Positions 11,449-25,207 of a stretch of DNA of 64,000 nucleotides are shown piece by piece. The notes below the pieces were generated by a model that worked only from the letters and a program-made list of their open reading frames with translations, did no database searches and was not told where the DNA came from. This DNA is from Mustelus asterias (taxonomy: Eukaryota): assembly GCF_964213995.1 (NCBI RefSeq), contig NW_027590136.1, positions 248,001 through 312,000 on the forward strand, written 5' to 3'. Numbering within the stretch: the stretch's first letter is position 1; each line of letters begins with the position of its first letter. The translations under genes were made by a program, and so were the position numbers.

Positions 11449-13112
11449 GGTGCAGGTGTCCTTGCCTCTCCCTTGGGTTACCAATCAGTCGAAGCCTCGT
11501 CCACACTCACAACACGGGTACAGTCTCTCCCCGCTGTGAATGTTGTGATATTTATTCAGGCTGTGGAACTGGTTAAAGCTCTTTAGTCAGTGCACTGGAA
11601 CACTCTCACTCGACAGTGTGTTGGTGCTTTTCCAGTCACACTGATGTTTGAAATCTTTTCAAATCAACAGACCGGACAATCATTTCTCCTTCTAGATTCA
11701 ATGGCCGATGATATTCAGCTCCCAAGGAATATGAGTCTGTCAGATCTAGACGTGAAGTTTGAGATTTCGGTCTGTGGTTCCTCTTTCAGTATCCTGGAAA
11801 ATGAGTTTACAAAAGTCATCAGTGTCAGTACAGGATAGAAATTCAGAACAGACAATTCTAGTTTCTATCGAACATTCTTTCCTATTTCAGTCCTAAAAAG
11901 CTGTAAATCTCCATCCCACACACTCTCCCTCCATTCTCAATCTGCTGTATCTAATATTCACCCTCCCAATTCTCCTGAAGGTGCTGATTGAGGCTGATTG
12001 ACAGATCCATGCTCACTGCTTCCTGTCCTGGACACAGAGACCATAACAAATAGGAGCTGCAGTCGGCCATTTGGTCCATCGAGCCTTTTAAACTATTCAA
12101 TGAGATAATTCGTTCATCTACCTCAGCATCATTCTCCCCACACTAAACCCATATCCCTTGATATCCTCAATATCTAGAAACCAATCAATCTCTCTCTTGA
12201 AAATAGTTGATGACTGAGGCTTCACTGTCCTCAGGGGTTGAGAATTCCAAAGCTTTAGCACATCCTTGAGTGAAGAAATCCCCCCACATCTTAGCTTTTG
12301 CTCCATCTTCTTGTCTGTTCCCCATAACTCTTGACACCATTGTCAGTCAAAGATCTGTCTAACTGGAATATATTCAATGATCCTCAGCCTCCACTGGTCC
12401 CTGTGGAAGAGAAATCCAAAAGACTAACAACCCTCTGAGGGAAGAGATGTCTTGAAATATATAACGTAGCTACAGTTCCATATTACAAGATATTCAGATC
12501 CCAAGGAATATGACTCTGTCTAGATGTGACGGTTGAGATTTTTGCCTGTGATTCCTCATTCAATATCCTATGAAATGAGTTTGCAAAAGTCATCACAGTC
12601 AGTATAGGATAGAAATTCAGAGCAGACAATTCTAGTTTCTATGGAACATTCTTTCCTATTTCATTCCCAAAAAGTTGTAACTCTCCATCCATATCTATGG
12701 ATTCTATTTAAAAATGAAAGTGGTTGGGCATTTGAAGGAAATAAACTTTCAGGAGAGTGAGGATATCGAGTGGGAATGGGACTGGAATGTTATACAGAGT
12801 CAGCATGGACTCGAGTTACCGAATGGATTCCTTCTGTGCTGTAATGACTTTATGACTGGAAATGTACAACATCGCTACAGCATTATATTACAATGCAAGA
12901 ACTAATAATAAAAGTATTTTATTACAGAAACATAAATAATATATCTAATCTGGGTACCATATAATAACACCAGACATATCTCTGTCCTATATTAACGTTC
13001 TGTCCCCTTAAATGTCAGCCATCTCCTGGGGAAAGCTGCCCTTTAATGTGAACATGAGGAAAAAGACCATTCTTTTCGACAGACAAATAAATGTGTCAAG
13101 CTGAGGGAGCAA

Positions 13113-13590
13113 AGGATGTTCACCAGGCTGATTCAGGGAATCGCGGGACTGATGTATGAGGAGAGATTGACCAGGTTAGGATTGTTTTCATTGGAGTTCA
13201 GATGAATGAGGGGGTATCTCATAGAGACTTATAAAATTCTAAGAAGTCGAGACAGGATAGATGCAGGGAAGATGTTCCCGATGGAGTCCAGAACCAAGGG
13301 TCACAGTCTGAGGATTCAGGGCAGACCATTTAGGACGGAGGTGAGGAGACATTTCTTCACCCAAAGAGTAGTCACCCTGTGGAATACATTACCACAGGAA
13401 GTAGTTGGTGCACAAAACATTGAATGTATTCAAGAGGCGGCTGGATAAAGCACTTGGGGTGAATGGGATCACAGGTTATGGGAAAAAGCAGAATTAGGCT
13501 ACTCAGTTGGATGATCAGCCATGATCATAATGAATGGCGGAGCAGGCTCGAAGGGCCAAATGGCCTCCTCCTGCTCCTATCATCTCTGTT
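13113..13590 (+). mobile_element. CR1 LINE 3' fragment
   Basis: LIETYKIL and FFTQRVV motifs; typical 3' tail. Confidence 0.85.
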
Positions 13591-13784
13591 TCTATATCAA
13601 TGTCTTTAAGAGCGAGAGAGAGGGAGACCTGGGCCAACCTTTCCAGAGTCTGCACCCTCCCTGGATTCACTTCCTTTCCCTTCAGTTGCTGCAAGTCCCC
13701 AATTTCCCCCAGAATGAGAAAAGAAATGGAAAAGGGGAGAAAAGAAAGTGTGTTACTCACAGATGTTGGCCTCTTTTAGGTCAA

Positions 13785-15273
13785 AACAAATAAACAAACT
13801 CAGATTAAGTCAGGACAAAGTAAAAGGGGCAGCTCCCCAAAAGGAGGGGGAACAGCCCGAACAGAAATCAAAGTACAAAGGAAACTTAAAAACATCAAAT
13901 TAAAATGTGATTATTAGGGTCGATAACGCACCCCAACCCCTGCGGTGCCCAGCGGGCGCGGAAGGCGTCAACCGCGCCCGTGGACACCGCATGCTCCCTC
14001 TCCAGGGACACCCGGCCGTGAACGTAGCCGCGGCAGAGGGGAAGACAGTCAGGATGGACGGCCCCCTCGATCGCCCGCAGCCTGGACCGGTAAATGGCGC
14101 GTTTCGCCAGGCCCAGGAGCAGGTTCACGAGGAGGTCGCCATCCCGACCCCAACAAAAAGAAAGTGCAACCTGAGACACAAAACATAGACATGGTCCACG
14201 GACTTCACAAGGCCACAGAAGGGGCAAGCTTCATAGCCCGTGAACCAGTGAATCCTACGGTTGTGCGGAACTGCTGCATGCATCACCCTTCACCCCACGT
14301 CCCCGATGTAATTGGGGCAATCCCTCCGTAGAGGGACCTCTACGGAAACAAGGCCCGCCAAGGTGTATCCGGGCGACAGGCAAGGAGGCGGTAGTGGAAG
14401 GTGTGCAGCAGCAGCCCGCACAGGAAACGCCTCCGCGCGGTAGGAAAAGGCACGGAGGACATTTCCGCGAGACGGCTCAGGCTGTGGGGCACCTCACCCA
14501 GGGGAGGGGGCTGAGGCTTTGGGCCAATGTGGAATTCTGTCCGAACAGGGGAATGCTCGGGCGGGATCCCACCGCACGCCTGCGCCGCCTCGAGTTTGCG
14601 TGCACTTTCGGGGCCGAGCACGACCGTCCTAAGGTCTAGGATGGCTTTGGCCGCGTGCCGGACGGTCGTCCCCACGCGCTCAGCCAGCACGCGGGGGCCC
14701 ATCCAGCCCGCTCCTCCGCCATCGAGCATGTCCCCGATTCTGGTCACCCCGGCGTCCACAGCCCTCCTCTCCGCCAGCCACCTGAAGTCATACGGCTGGA
14801 GGAGCGGATTCCTGAGCAGCGGCTCTCGCACGAGAGCTGCTACTCCTGACGGGGGAGAGCTGTGTCGCGAGGCGCCCGTGTTCCAGACGGTGAGGAGGTC
14901 CTGGTAAAAGATGGGCAACTCCTGCAGGGCGGTCGAAGCACGCCCCAGTTCGATATGCAGGAGCTGCACGTCATAATTGAGGCCGTGCCAGTGGCAGAAG
15001 AAATATGGCACACCATTGTGGAGGGGGCTCAACGTAAAGGTACCTTTAGCGGAAGGTCGCTATCTGAGTGCGGAGGCACACCAGACCTTGCCCGCCCTCC
15101 TCAAGCGGGAGATACAGAACCGCAGCAGGGACCCAGTGCAGTCGATTGCCCCAGAAGAACCGCAGGAGGGTACTCTGGATATCGGTGACAAAGCCAGGGG
15201 GAGGGGTCAAAGGGACCAGCCGGTACCACAGCATGGAGGTGAGCAGCTGGTTTATGATGAGAACGCGCGCCCG
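13785..15273 (-). mobile_element. Tx1-clade (L1-like) LINE, C-terminal part of ORF2, frameshifted
   Basis: RARVLIINQLLTSMLWYRL, LYLPLEEGGQGLVC and LLLGLAKRAIYRSR; GC-rich. Confidence 0.8.
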
Positions 15274-15939
15274 TGAATGGTCACAAACACTCACCTCTGA
15301 AACAATTTAACTGATTTTAATATTAAAATCTCCTGCTGGAGCCTGCAGCTGGAAAGATATCAGAAGCATTGGCATCAGAGAAAAATCTCCCAGTTGAGGA
15401 AATCCCCGGGGAGCGGGGGTGATGTCACTGTGCAATTGTAAGTATGTGATGAGATCACAGACAGGAACACAGAATACCTGGGTCTGTGCAAACCAGTGAA
15501 CACCACACATTATGGAGGATGTGAGGCTCCTTGACAGGGTGCAGAGCAGATTTATCAAAATGGTTCCAGGGATGAGGAATTATAGTTACAATGTTAGGCT
15601 GGATAACTTGGGGTTGTTCTCCTTGGAGCAAAGTAGATTGATTGAGGTGTACAAGGGTACATGGAGGTGTCAAAGTTTACATGCTCTGTTTACACGTGTA
15701 CAAGCTCTGACTATGGGTCATCCAGTCTCGAAACGTTGGTTCTATTCTCTCTCCACAGATGCTGTCAGATCTGCTGAGATTTTCCAGCATTTATTGTTTT
15801 TATTTTCCTTTCTTTTTCCTTCTCTACCACCGCTCTGCCTCATCAATAAGACATTGGGACTCAGGGTTGATGCAGTTTGATGGACAAGTTGTCTCCATTC
15901 TGAGCACTGGGGAACAAGCCCCTCCCACTGATTGACAAC

Positions 15940-16360
15940 ATTGCCCTCTACAAACATGGCGGCCGCACGTGCGCACTGCTGCCTATTGCCCCCAATAAAG
16001 ATGGCGAACGTTAACCCTGGACGAACACGAGGAGCTGCAGCCTTGCTCGGTACAAACTGGGTCCGGGAAGTTCTCTTCCGCGGTTTGCGGCTTACACAAC
16101 ATGCTTATGCAGCGTTTCCACCCACCTGGACGATCCATTGCTCTCTCCGTACCTCCAATCACCTCTAACAGATTTCCGAGCCCACAGCAAAAGCCGTTTC
16201 CCATCGCCATTACTCATACTGCGCATGCTCGAGTCAAAGGTGGCCCCGCCCCTCGTTCGCTCCGATTGGTTGGAGGACCGACCGTTCCATGTCGGTCCTG
16301 CAGCACTGTCCCCTCTTCCCATTGGTCCGCGCTGCCGTCAATCAGCCGGGCATTGTGACG
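15940..16360 (-). promoter_or_regulatory. CpG-rich promoter, probably serving the ZNF at 10774-11448
   Basis: YY1-like AACATGGCGGC and AAGATGGCG, TGCGCATG, two CCAAT boxes; related to the module at 1230-1370. Confidence 0.5.
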
Positions 16361-16447
16361 GTGATTTGCTGCTTGTCCAATAATAACAGTAAGAAGTTTA
16401 ACAACACCAGGTTAAAGTCCAACAGGTTTATTTGGTCGCAAACGTCA

Positions 16448-16485
16448 CACAAGCTTTCGGAGCCTCAAGCTCCTTCTTCAGGTGA
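16448..16485 (-). ncRNA. Minimal hammerhead ribozyme motif
   Basis: CAC-CTGAAGA-A-GGAGC-TTGAG-GCTCC-GAAA-GC-TT-GTG. Confidence 0.7.
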
Positions 16486-17676
16486 GTGGGAATTCTGTTC
16501 ACAAACAGGGCATAGAAAGACACAGACTCAATTTACAGAATAATGGTTGGAATGCGAATCCTTGCAGCTAATCAAGTCTTAAAGGTACAAACAATGTGAG
16601 TGGAGAGCTTCCACTCTAAACACGTTAAAGAAGCCATCCCCTGCGGACAAGCCCTCCGTATACACAGGATCTGCTCGGATGAGGAGGATCGCAACAGACA
16701 CCTCCAGATGCTGAAAGATGCCCTCATAAGAACAGGATATAGCGCTCAACTCATCGATCGACAGTTCCGACGCGCCACAGCGAAAAACCGCACCGACCTC
16801 CTCAGAAGACAAACACGGGACACGGTGGACAGAGTACCCTTCGTCGTCCAGTACTTCATCGGAGCGGAGAAGCTACGGCATCTCCTCTGAAGCCTTCAAC
16901 ATGTCATTGATGAAGACGAACATCTCGCCAAGGCCATCCCCACACCCCCACTTCTTGCCTTCAAACAACCGCACAACCTCAAACAGACCATTGTCCGCAG
17001 CAAACTACCCAGCCTTCAGGAGAACAGTGACCACGACACCACACAACCCTGCCACAGCAACCTCTGCAACACGTGCCGGATCATCGACACAGATGCCATC
17101 ATCTCACGTGAGAACAGCATCCACCAGGTACACGGTACATACTCTTGCAACTCGGCCAAAGTCGTCTACCTGATACGCTGCAGGAAAGGATGTCCCGAGG
17201 CATGGTACATTGGGGAAACCATGCAGACGCTGTGACAACGGATGAATGAATACCACTCGACAATCACCAGGCAAGACTGTTCTCTTCCTGTTGGGGAGCA
17301 CTTGAGCGGTCACGGGCATTCGGCCTCTGATATTCGGGTAAGCGTTCTCCAAGGCGGCCTTCACGACACACGACGGCGCAGAGTCGCTGAGCAGAAACTG
17401 ATAGCCAAGTTCTGCACACATGAGGACGGCCTCAACCGGGATATTGGGTTCATGTCACACTATCTGTAATCCCCACAGCTTGCCTGGACTTGCAGAGTCT
17501 CACTGGCTGTCCTGTCTGTAGACAATACACATCTCTTTAGCCTGACTTGATGCTGTCTCCACTCACATTGTTTGTACCTTTAAGACTTGATTAGCTGTAA
17601 GTATTTGCATTCCAACCATTATTCTGTTAATTGAGTTTGTGTCTTTATATGCCCTGTTTGTGAACAGAATTCCCAC

Positions 17677-17715
17677 TCACCTGAAGAAGGAGCTTAAGGC
17701 TCCGAAAGCTTGTGG
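17677..17715 (+). ncRNA. Minimal hammerhead ribozyme motif
   Basis: TCAC-CTGAAGA-A-GGAGC-TTAAG-GCTCC-GAAA-GC-TT-GTGG. Confidence 0.72.
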
Positions 17716-18311
17716 CTTTTGCTACCAAATAAACCTGTTGGACTTTAACCTGGTGTTGTTAAACTTTTTACTGTGTTTACCCAGTCCAACGCCGGCATCT
17801 CCACATTAGTAATAACAGTGACAGAGTCTCAGTGTAACAATGACACACACAGGCTCCAATTCATTCAGAGTGGAGATGGGGCACAGAGACAACACAGCAA
17901 AGCACTGACTTACTCTGAGTGTAACAAATACAATGTTTGTTAAAATATTTAGAGTCACGTTGCAGTATGTTAGTGAACAAAGCATTAGATCCAATGTAAT
18001 GGTAATACAGTCAGTATCTCACGCACCATAACCAAAGTTTAGGTTTCATTTGATAGTGTGAGTGAGTCATGGTCTACTGATATAATGTATTTAAATTCCG
18101 ATGTGTGTTACTCTGCCACTGTCAGTATAGACAATAACCTGTCTGTTATTCCAATTCTGCTGTATTCTACAACTGCAGTTTCAGTGTCTCTGAGGTCATT
18201 TTAACTGCAGGTAATCTGACATTAAGGGAGACAAGAGGCCCAACAAACATTTGATTATAATAGGAGGACAAAGTGAAAGGGAGCAATGATATTTTAAGGT
18301 GTCTGTGTTGT

Positions 18312-18625
18312 GGTGAGTGTCACTGGGAGGTGAGTGATAAAATACAAGTGGAAACATCATGACAGAGACACATGTGACTGACTCGGCCTGACTGAGAGCT
18401 GTTATACTCGAGGCGAGAATAATGAGGACATGGCGAACTCTTGAGATTTCTGATATCTGAGGTGTATCTGTTAGAGGAACTGAAAATAATCAGTTCCTCC
18501 TCATGGTCATCTCCAGTTCTCAAGTTACACAGACACACAGGAAAGAGATCTGACAGCTCATCAAACCCAATATTTTAATCTTCTGTTTGAGACACATTAT
18601 AATCGAAAAGATCAAATATTAAAAC
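18312..18625 (-). pseudogene. Decayed antigen-receptor V gene segment with a degenerate 23-RSS
   Basis: Splice acceptor CTCCTCAG at 18626; across frames NVSQTE, SLSC, NW, ELIIFSSSNRY and ITALSQAESVT(gt)CLC; then CACTTGT-23 nt-ACACTCACC. Confidence 0.55.
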
Positions 18626-19564
18626 CTGAGGAGAGATACATTCAGAATGTCACAAAGATGAGTGAACTGTCTAATTATTCCCATTCACCATAACTTTGCC
18701 AATTTATCCTCTGCAAGTAGTTATCCAATTCCCTTTGAAAGTTACTACTAAACCTGCTTCTAGCACCTGTCAGTTTGTGCATTCCAGATCATATCAAGTT
18801 ATTGTGTAAAACATTCTCCTTATCACCCCCTTCAGTTCTGTTGTCAATTATATTAAATCTCTGTGTCCTCTGCTTACAGACCCTCCTGCACCGGGGAAAT
18901 CGATTCTCTCCATCGACAGACCCTCCTGCTCCTGGGAGATAATTTCTCTCCATTGACACTATCATAAATCATTTGTCATTTTAAACAACTCTATTAAATC
19001 TCCCCATCACATTCCCTGATCTAAGATGGATAACGCATGTTTTTCCTGCCCTGAAGAATTATATGGACTCAAAATGTTAACTTTCTGAACAGATGCCGCC
19101 GGACCTGCCAGGTTTTTCTGCTTTTCTCCCTGTTTTTCCCTCTGTAATCAATCAGAAACTCTTCATGATTTTGAACATCTTGATCAAATAGGAACACACA
19201 AAGCCTGAGAGAGGTACAGAGGGAGAGACAGAAAGACTGAGAGAAAAACTGAGAGAGATTTTAAAAAGCAGAAAGATGAGGTGGTCAAAGATAAAAGCTG
19301 AGAAACAGAGGAAACAAGCAATACAGAGAGAATGATATAAAATATAAGGGAGCAGGCTATCAGTTCCTGGCTATGGGGAGCAGAGGGAACTCAGTGACTG
19401 ATCCACAAACACAGCCGGTTATATCCGGGGAATGGAAACTCTGAACAGAAATAACTGGCTCATTTGTAAATGTCACTACAAAGTGACCTGTGTGACTCTG
19501 CCCTGACTCTGTGGACAGATAAAGGCCGCATTGACAGATGTTATAAACCATAGAACTGTTAATA

Positions 19565-19895
19565 AACCATAGAAACCCTACAGTGCAGAAAGAGGCCATT
19601 CGGCCCATCAAGTCTGCACCGACAACAATCCCATCCAGGCCATATCCCTACATATTTACCCGCTAATCCCTCTAATCTACGCATCCCGGAACACTAAGGG
19701 GCAATTGAGTTTGGCCAATCAACCTAACCCGCACATCTTTGGACTGTGGGAGGAAACCGGAGCACCAGGAGGAAACCCACGCAGACACGAGGAGAATGTG
19801 CAAACTCCGCACAGACAGTGACCCGAGCCGGGAATCGAACCCAGGTCCCTGGAGCTGTGAAGCAGCAGTGCTAACCACTGTGCTGCCGTGCCACC
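19565..19895 (-). mobile_element. HE1-like SINE
   Basis: Full SINE with A and B boxes and tail. Confidence 0.85.
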
Positions 19896-20289
19896 CGTTC
19901 TCACCAGATTGATGTGCCTGGATTTATTTTCTGCTCAGAAGTGAGATGTGCGTTTTTGAACCGGCAGCAGAGAAACAGGAAGTTGTGTTACCCGAGAATG
20001 AAACAGCCAGCGTCAGTTTGATGTTATCACCGTGAAAAGTCTTCCTGTCTGTGAGGGTGAACTCACTCTGACAGCATCAAGAACAACCACACAGATTGCT
20101 GCCGTTCTCAGCATTACATTCACCTCCATTCCTATTTTAAACAATAAAGAAAGGAGATTATTTGGATTTTTAACACATTCACTGAATTGGGAGATGGACT
20201 GAGGGTCATCACTGGGAGAAATGAGGAGGAATTAGAGAACAAATGAGTTTTCCCAAAGAGGGTTATTAGAAAAGAGGAGATTTAAAGTG

Positions 20290-20720
20290 AGTCAGGGCCT
20301 GTCAGAGGAAGTGGGAGAGAGAAACAGAGAGGATTGAATCTCCATCAATTAAATGTTTTCTCAGACAGCGAAGAGAGATGAAATGTGTTTGTGCTTTTTC
20401 AGAGAGAGGTAATGAGAGAGAGAAAACAATGAATAAGTTTAAGCATTATCTGAAATAGGAAGGTTAAATGAGTGAGTGTTTGAAAGAACGATAGAGAGAC
20501 AGTAAGTGACGAAGACAGTTTCTGAGAGGAGAGAGGTTAAGTGAATGTGAGAGAGGAGCGAGGTTAGAGTGTAAGAGAGGTGGAAGGTAAGGTGTGAGTG
20601 AATGCCTGGAGAGAGAGAGAGACGTTCAGTGAGTGTGAGAGAGATGAGAGATGTTGAGCGATTGAGTTTCTGAGAGAGAGGAGATGTTAAGTGAGTGAAT
20701 GTCTGAAAAAGAGGAGAGCA
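20290..20720. repeat. GA-rich low-complexity tract
   Basis: GAGAGA and GTGAGT repeats. Confidence 0.7.
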
Positions 20721-21631
20721 GGTTCACACCCAGGGATCACTGAGAATGATCAAAATAAGGAGATCACCCAGAAAACTACCAACAGGAAACTTCAGCTGAA
20801 CACATCACTCATTCTTAAATGGTCAGTCAGGGCTCTGGTGCAGCTCAGCTTCTCTCTGTTCTCTTTATAATGGTTAAAGGCTGATAGGAGTGAGGTTTAT
20901 TTAAAAGGATAGTGTATGGGAAGCACACATCAACAAAACTGAGAATTCTTGGACACACACTGCAGCTCCTTCTCTATCTGGGAATCAAATTGTTGTCTAA
21001 TTGTCCCAGCAGTTAACAGGCTCCTTTGAACTTCTCCAGCTCCTCCTTTAATGCAGACTTCAACCAATTTATTTTAAGCCAGTTTCTGTTCAATAAACCA
21101 GGACTGACACACATACATTAAAATGTTTTAGACTTTTTTTCATTTTTAGCTTGGAAACCTAAACCTGCCGTTTCACTCTCAGTCAGGAATAGATCCCAGT
21201 TTTACACCAATCTTTGACAGCACGTTTCCAGCATTCACCGTTGTTCTTCCTGACTCTAAACACAGTTGTAAAGGAGCTTCTGTTCCGTGTCTAGGAGCTC
21301 TGAACCATGGAAAAGAACGACTGGGACACATTTCTTACACACCTCAGGATTCACCCACACGGGGACTTTGCTGTCAGTGAAAAGTGACGAAAAAGACCAA
21401 AGTGCTGTGTGACCCTCTCAGCGTGACCCTGAAGGACTGGGTCAAGAATGAAGTTCTGTTCCTCCTGTATGACCCTCCCTCAGATTGCCCTTTCTGAGCT
21501 CCAGCCTGGTGACGTTAAACACTCAAATGGAAAAGACAAAAATCTACAACAATGATTCAATCAAATGTCTATTTCACATTTATTCAGAATATCAAACCTC
21601 AACAGAAGAAAAAAGTCAGAGTGAACATGAT

Positions 21632-22780
21632 TCAGACCTGGATATGATTAACAGCATCGATAAGTGTAGAATCCAAACCTTGCAGTCCCTTGTGAACTCG
21701 CCGGTGTGTTAGCAGGTGGGATGACTGAACAAATCCCTTTCCACAGACATTACAGGTGAACGGCCTCTCCCCAGTGTGAACTCGCTGGTGTTTCAGAAGA
21801 TAAGAGAAATGAGAAAATCCCTTCCCACAGACAGAGCAGGTAAATGGCCTCTCCCCACTGTGAACTCTCTGATGTGTCAGCAGGTTGGATGACTGACTGA
21901 ATCCCTTCCCACACATGGAGCAGGTGAACGGCCTCTCCCCAGTGTGAACTCGCTGGTGATTCAATAGGTTGGATGAACGAGTGAATCCCTTCCCACATAC
22001 GGAGCAAGTGAATGGCCTCTCCTCACTGTGAACCTGCTGCTGTGTCAGAAAGTTGTATGAACGGGTGAATCCCTTCCCACATTCAGAGCAGGTGAACGGT
22101 CGATCCCCTGTGTGGAGTTGCTGGTGTATCAGAAGGTTGGATGAATTAATGAATCCCTTCCCACAGTCTGAGCAGGTGAAGGGCCTCTCCCTAGTGTGAA
22201 TTCTCTGGTGGTTCAATAGGGCAGATGGATGGCTGAATCCCTTCCCACACACACAGCAGGTGAATGGCCTCTCCCCAGTGTGAGTATATTGGTGCGTCAG
22301 CAGATCTTTTTTATTTTTAAAGCTCTTCTCACAGTGGGAACAATTAAAAAGTTTGTTATCAGAGTGAACAAGTTGATGTGTCTGCAAGTGGGATGACTGA
22401 ATGAATCCTTTCCCACACACACAGCAGGTGAACGGTCTCTCCCCAGTGTGAATACGTTGGTGCGTCAGCAGATCTTTTTTGCATTTAAAACTCTTCCCAC
22501 AGTCAGAACATGGAGACAGTCTCTCATCAGTGTGAACAAGTTGGTGTGTCACAATGTGGGATGAGCGAGTGAATCCCTTCCCACACACAGGGCAGGTGAA
22601 CGGCCTCTCCCCAGTGTGAACCCGTTGGTGAGTCAGAAGGTTGTATGAATGGGTGAATCCCTTCCCACAAACAGAGCAGGTGAACGGTCTCTCCCCAGTG
22701 TGACTGCGCTGATGAACTTCCAGTTGTGATGGGAAACTGATTCCTTTCCCACAATCCACACATTTCCACTGTTTCTCCAT
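21632..22780 (-). CDS. C2H2 zinc-finger protein, 13 finger repeats (9th degenerate)
   Basis: 382-aa ORF. Confidence 0.9.
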   Translation of the reverse strand: MEKQWKCVDCGKGISFPSQLEVHQRSHTGERPFTCSVCGKGFTHSYNLLTHQRVHTGERPFTCPVCGKGFTRSSHIVTHQLVHTDERLSPCSDCGKSFKCKKDLLTHQRIHTGERPFTCCVCGKGFIQSSHLQTHQLVHSDNKLFNCSHCEKSFKNKKDLLTHQYTHTGERPFTCCVCGKGFSHPSALLNHQRIHTRERPFTCSDCGKGFINSSNLLIHQQLHTGDRPFTCSECGKGFTRSYNFLTQQQVHSEERPFTCSVCGKGFTRSSNLLNHQRVHTGERPFTCSMCGKGFSQSSNLLTHQRVHSGERPFTCSVCGKGFSHFSYLLKHQRVHTGERPFTCNVCGKGFVQSSHLLTHRRVHKGLQGLDSTLIDAVNHIQV

Positions 22781-23699
22781 GGTGCTGGTGCCCTTGTGTT
22801 TCTCCAGGTTGGATGATCAGTTCAAGCCTCATCCACACACACAACATACACGTAGTTTCACCCTGCTGTGAACTGTGATTTTTTTTCAGGCTGTGTAACT
22901 GGTTAAAGCTCTTTCCACAGTCGGTTCACTGGAACACTCTCACTCGGGTGTGTGTTTGTCCTGCTGCTTTTCTGGTCACACTGATGTTTAATTTCTTTGC
23001 CCACAGGCAGAACAGACAAATATTGCTCCTTCCATATTCAAAGACCGATCATATTCAGCTCCGAAGGAACTGAATGACTTTGTCAGATGTGATGTTCGGT
23101 TTGAGTTTTCTGTCTGCCATTCCTTCACTTTGAATATCCTGTAAAAACAGTTTAGAAAAGTCATCACTGTCAGAACAGGATAGAAACTCTGAACAATTCT
23201 AGTCTTTCTGGAACATTTTTTCCTTTCTTGTTCCCCCAAATCTGTAAATCTCCGTCCCACACACTCTCCCTCCTCCCTGCGCTGAAATCCAAACCCATCT
23301 CACCATTTCTTTCCTCCACTCCCAGTTTTCTCCCTCCCTCTCCTCTGTCTGGGTTCAGTTCTCCAGCTCCTGTCTGCAGACTGACAATAAAACCAATGGG
23401 TCTTATTGGGGGCGTTGGGGCCTCCAGCGGGTGTTTGTGAATCCTCCCCGCCCACCTCCCAGGGTTTCCTTCCTTCCCAGAGATCAGAGTCCTCATTGAT
23501 TTGAGGCCAAAGTGTAACCTCTTATTTATTGTCCCCCTCCCCCATCCTCTGATGTGAACCATCCTCCAGTGGCTGAGCCAGGATGGGGCCGTTAACCTGG
23601 GCCTGTTCCCGGGAGGGAGGGAGGGAGAAGCCCCGCAGCTGCAAACCAGGGAGCTGACAATGATTCTGAAGGGTTTGCGGATCCACAAAGTGTTTCCAA

Positions 23700-24190
23700 A
23701 TCCTCCCAGCCACCGCCTAACGCTGACTCCGCTTCTCCGGGACAAACAAGCGCAAGGACAGCAATGACACTGCGCATGCTCCACATCACAATGCCCGGGC
23801 ACTGATTGACGCCAGCTGCGGACCAATAGGAAGAGGGGGCCGGACTGGAGGACCGAGCGGGAGCGGCTGGTCCTCCAACCAATCGGAGTGAATGAGAGGC
23901 GGGGCCTGTAGCATGCGCAGTGCGGGTAATGACGACGGATGGACGGTTTTAACTCGGTAGCGAGATCAATACGAGGTAGAGGGCGGCGTGCGAGGAATGA
24001 TAAATGTGGCGGGTGGGTGGAGAGGCTTTGTAAACATGTTGTTCAACCCCAAACCCCGGAAATGAACTTCCCGGTTCCCCCCCTTTGTACCAAATGGAGC
24101 GGCAGCTTGTAGTGTTAGACCCGGGCTGACTGCCGCCATTGAGGCTGCATGTGGGAGGCCGGCAGGGATTGTGATCGGAGAGTGAAGCCC
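23700..24190 (-). promoter_or_regulatory. ZNF promoter module, copy 2
   Basis: Inverted paralog of 870-1450. Confidence 0.65.
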
Positions 24191-24356
24191 TGACGTCACA
24201 ATGGAATGGGTGAGAGTGTGAGGTCACAATGGAATGGGTGGGAGTGTGAGGTCACAATGGAATGGGTGAGAGTGTGATGTCACAATGGAATGGGTGAGAG
24301 TGTGACGTCACAATGGAATGGGTGAGAGTGTGATGTCACAATGGAATGGGTGAGGG
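24191..24356. repeat. 28-bp CRE minisatellite, copy 2 (6 units, 2 perfect CREs)
   Basis: TGACGTCA, TGAGGTCA and TGATGTCA units. Confidence 0.92.
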
Positions 24357-24404
24357 TTCCAGATGAGCTGAGACTGGGCTGGAGTCGGGCGATGGCACTG
24401 ACAT

Positions 24405-24715
24405 GTGGCCCGGTGGCACAGTGGTTAGCGCAGCTGCCTAACAGCGCCAGGGACCCGGGTTCAATTCCAGCCTCGGGTCGCTGTCTGTGCAGAGTTTCTA
24501 CATTCTCCCCGTGTCTGGGTGGGTTTCCTCCGGGTGTTCCGGTTTCCTTCCACAGTCCAAAGATGTGCAGGTTAGACAGATTGGCCATGATAAATTAACC
24601 CTTGGCATCAGGGGGATTAACAGGTAAATATGTGGATAGGGCCTGGATGGGATTGTTGTCGGTGCAGGCTCGATGGGCTGAATGGCCTCCTCCTACAATG
24701 TATTTTATGATTCAT
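24405..24715 (+). mobile_element. HE1-like SINE
   Basis: SINE head, body and tail. Confidence 0.82.
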
Positions 24716-24837
24716 TACTGTTAATTAATTAATTACTTTGAATGAAGGTGGTCTTGATGATGATGTGGACGTGGTTGGAAGCTCATATTGGGATGAACTA
24801 TTTCACCCTGGTTGTGAACAGCCTGTTTCAGCCTCAG

Positions 24838-25207
24838 ACAGTAAGTAATCTCACAACACCAGGTTAAAATCCAACAGGTTAATTTGCTGGCATAAGCCAC
24901 AGGATTTTGGAGCGCTGCTCTTCATCAGGTGAGTGGGAGTTCTATTCACAAACAGGGCACAGAGACACAAACTCAATTTACAAAATAATGGTTGGAATGT
25001 GAGTCTTTACAGGTAATCAAGTCTTAAAGGTACAGACAATGTGAGTGGAGAGAGGGTGAAGCACAGGTTAAAGAGATGTGTATTGTCTCCAGCCAGGACA
25101 GTTAGTGAGATTTTGCAAGCCCAGGCAATTTGTGGGGGTTACAGACAGTGTGAGTTACAGATAGTGTGACATGAACCCAAGATCCCGGTTGAGGCCGTCC
25201 TCATGTG
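24838..25207 (-). mobile_element. Penelope-like 3' fragment with a degenerate hammerhead
   Basis: Reverse complement of 17415-17775. Confidence 0.82.

Larger units (their letters stand above)
16391..17809 (+). mobile_element. Penelope-like retroelement: inverted 5' terminal repeat, RT C-terminus, GIY-YIG, 3' terminal repeat
   Basis: HSKHVKEAIPCGQALRIHRICSD and VYLIRC…WYIGET; 16387-16605 is an inverted copy of 17560-17775; candidate TSD TAATAACAGT. Confidence 0.88.

Noticed and set aside
17806-17994. Possible J or V remnant (DSVT..YY; GTAAGT donor)
   Set aside because: No FGXG motif, no RSS and no consistent framework
19940-20100. ETS and RUNX motif cluster as a T-cell enhancer
   Set aside because: Short motifs alone are insufficient evidence
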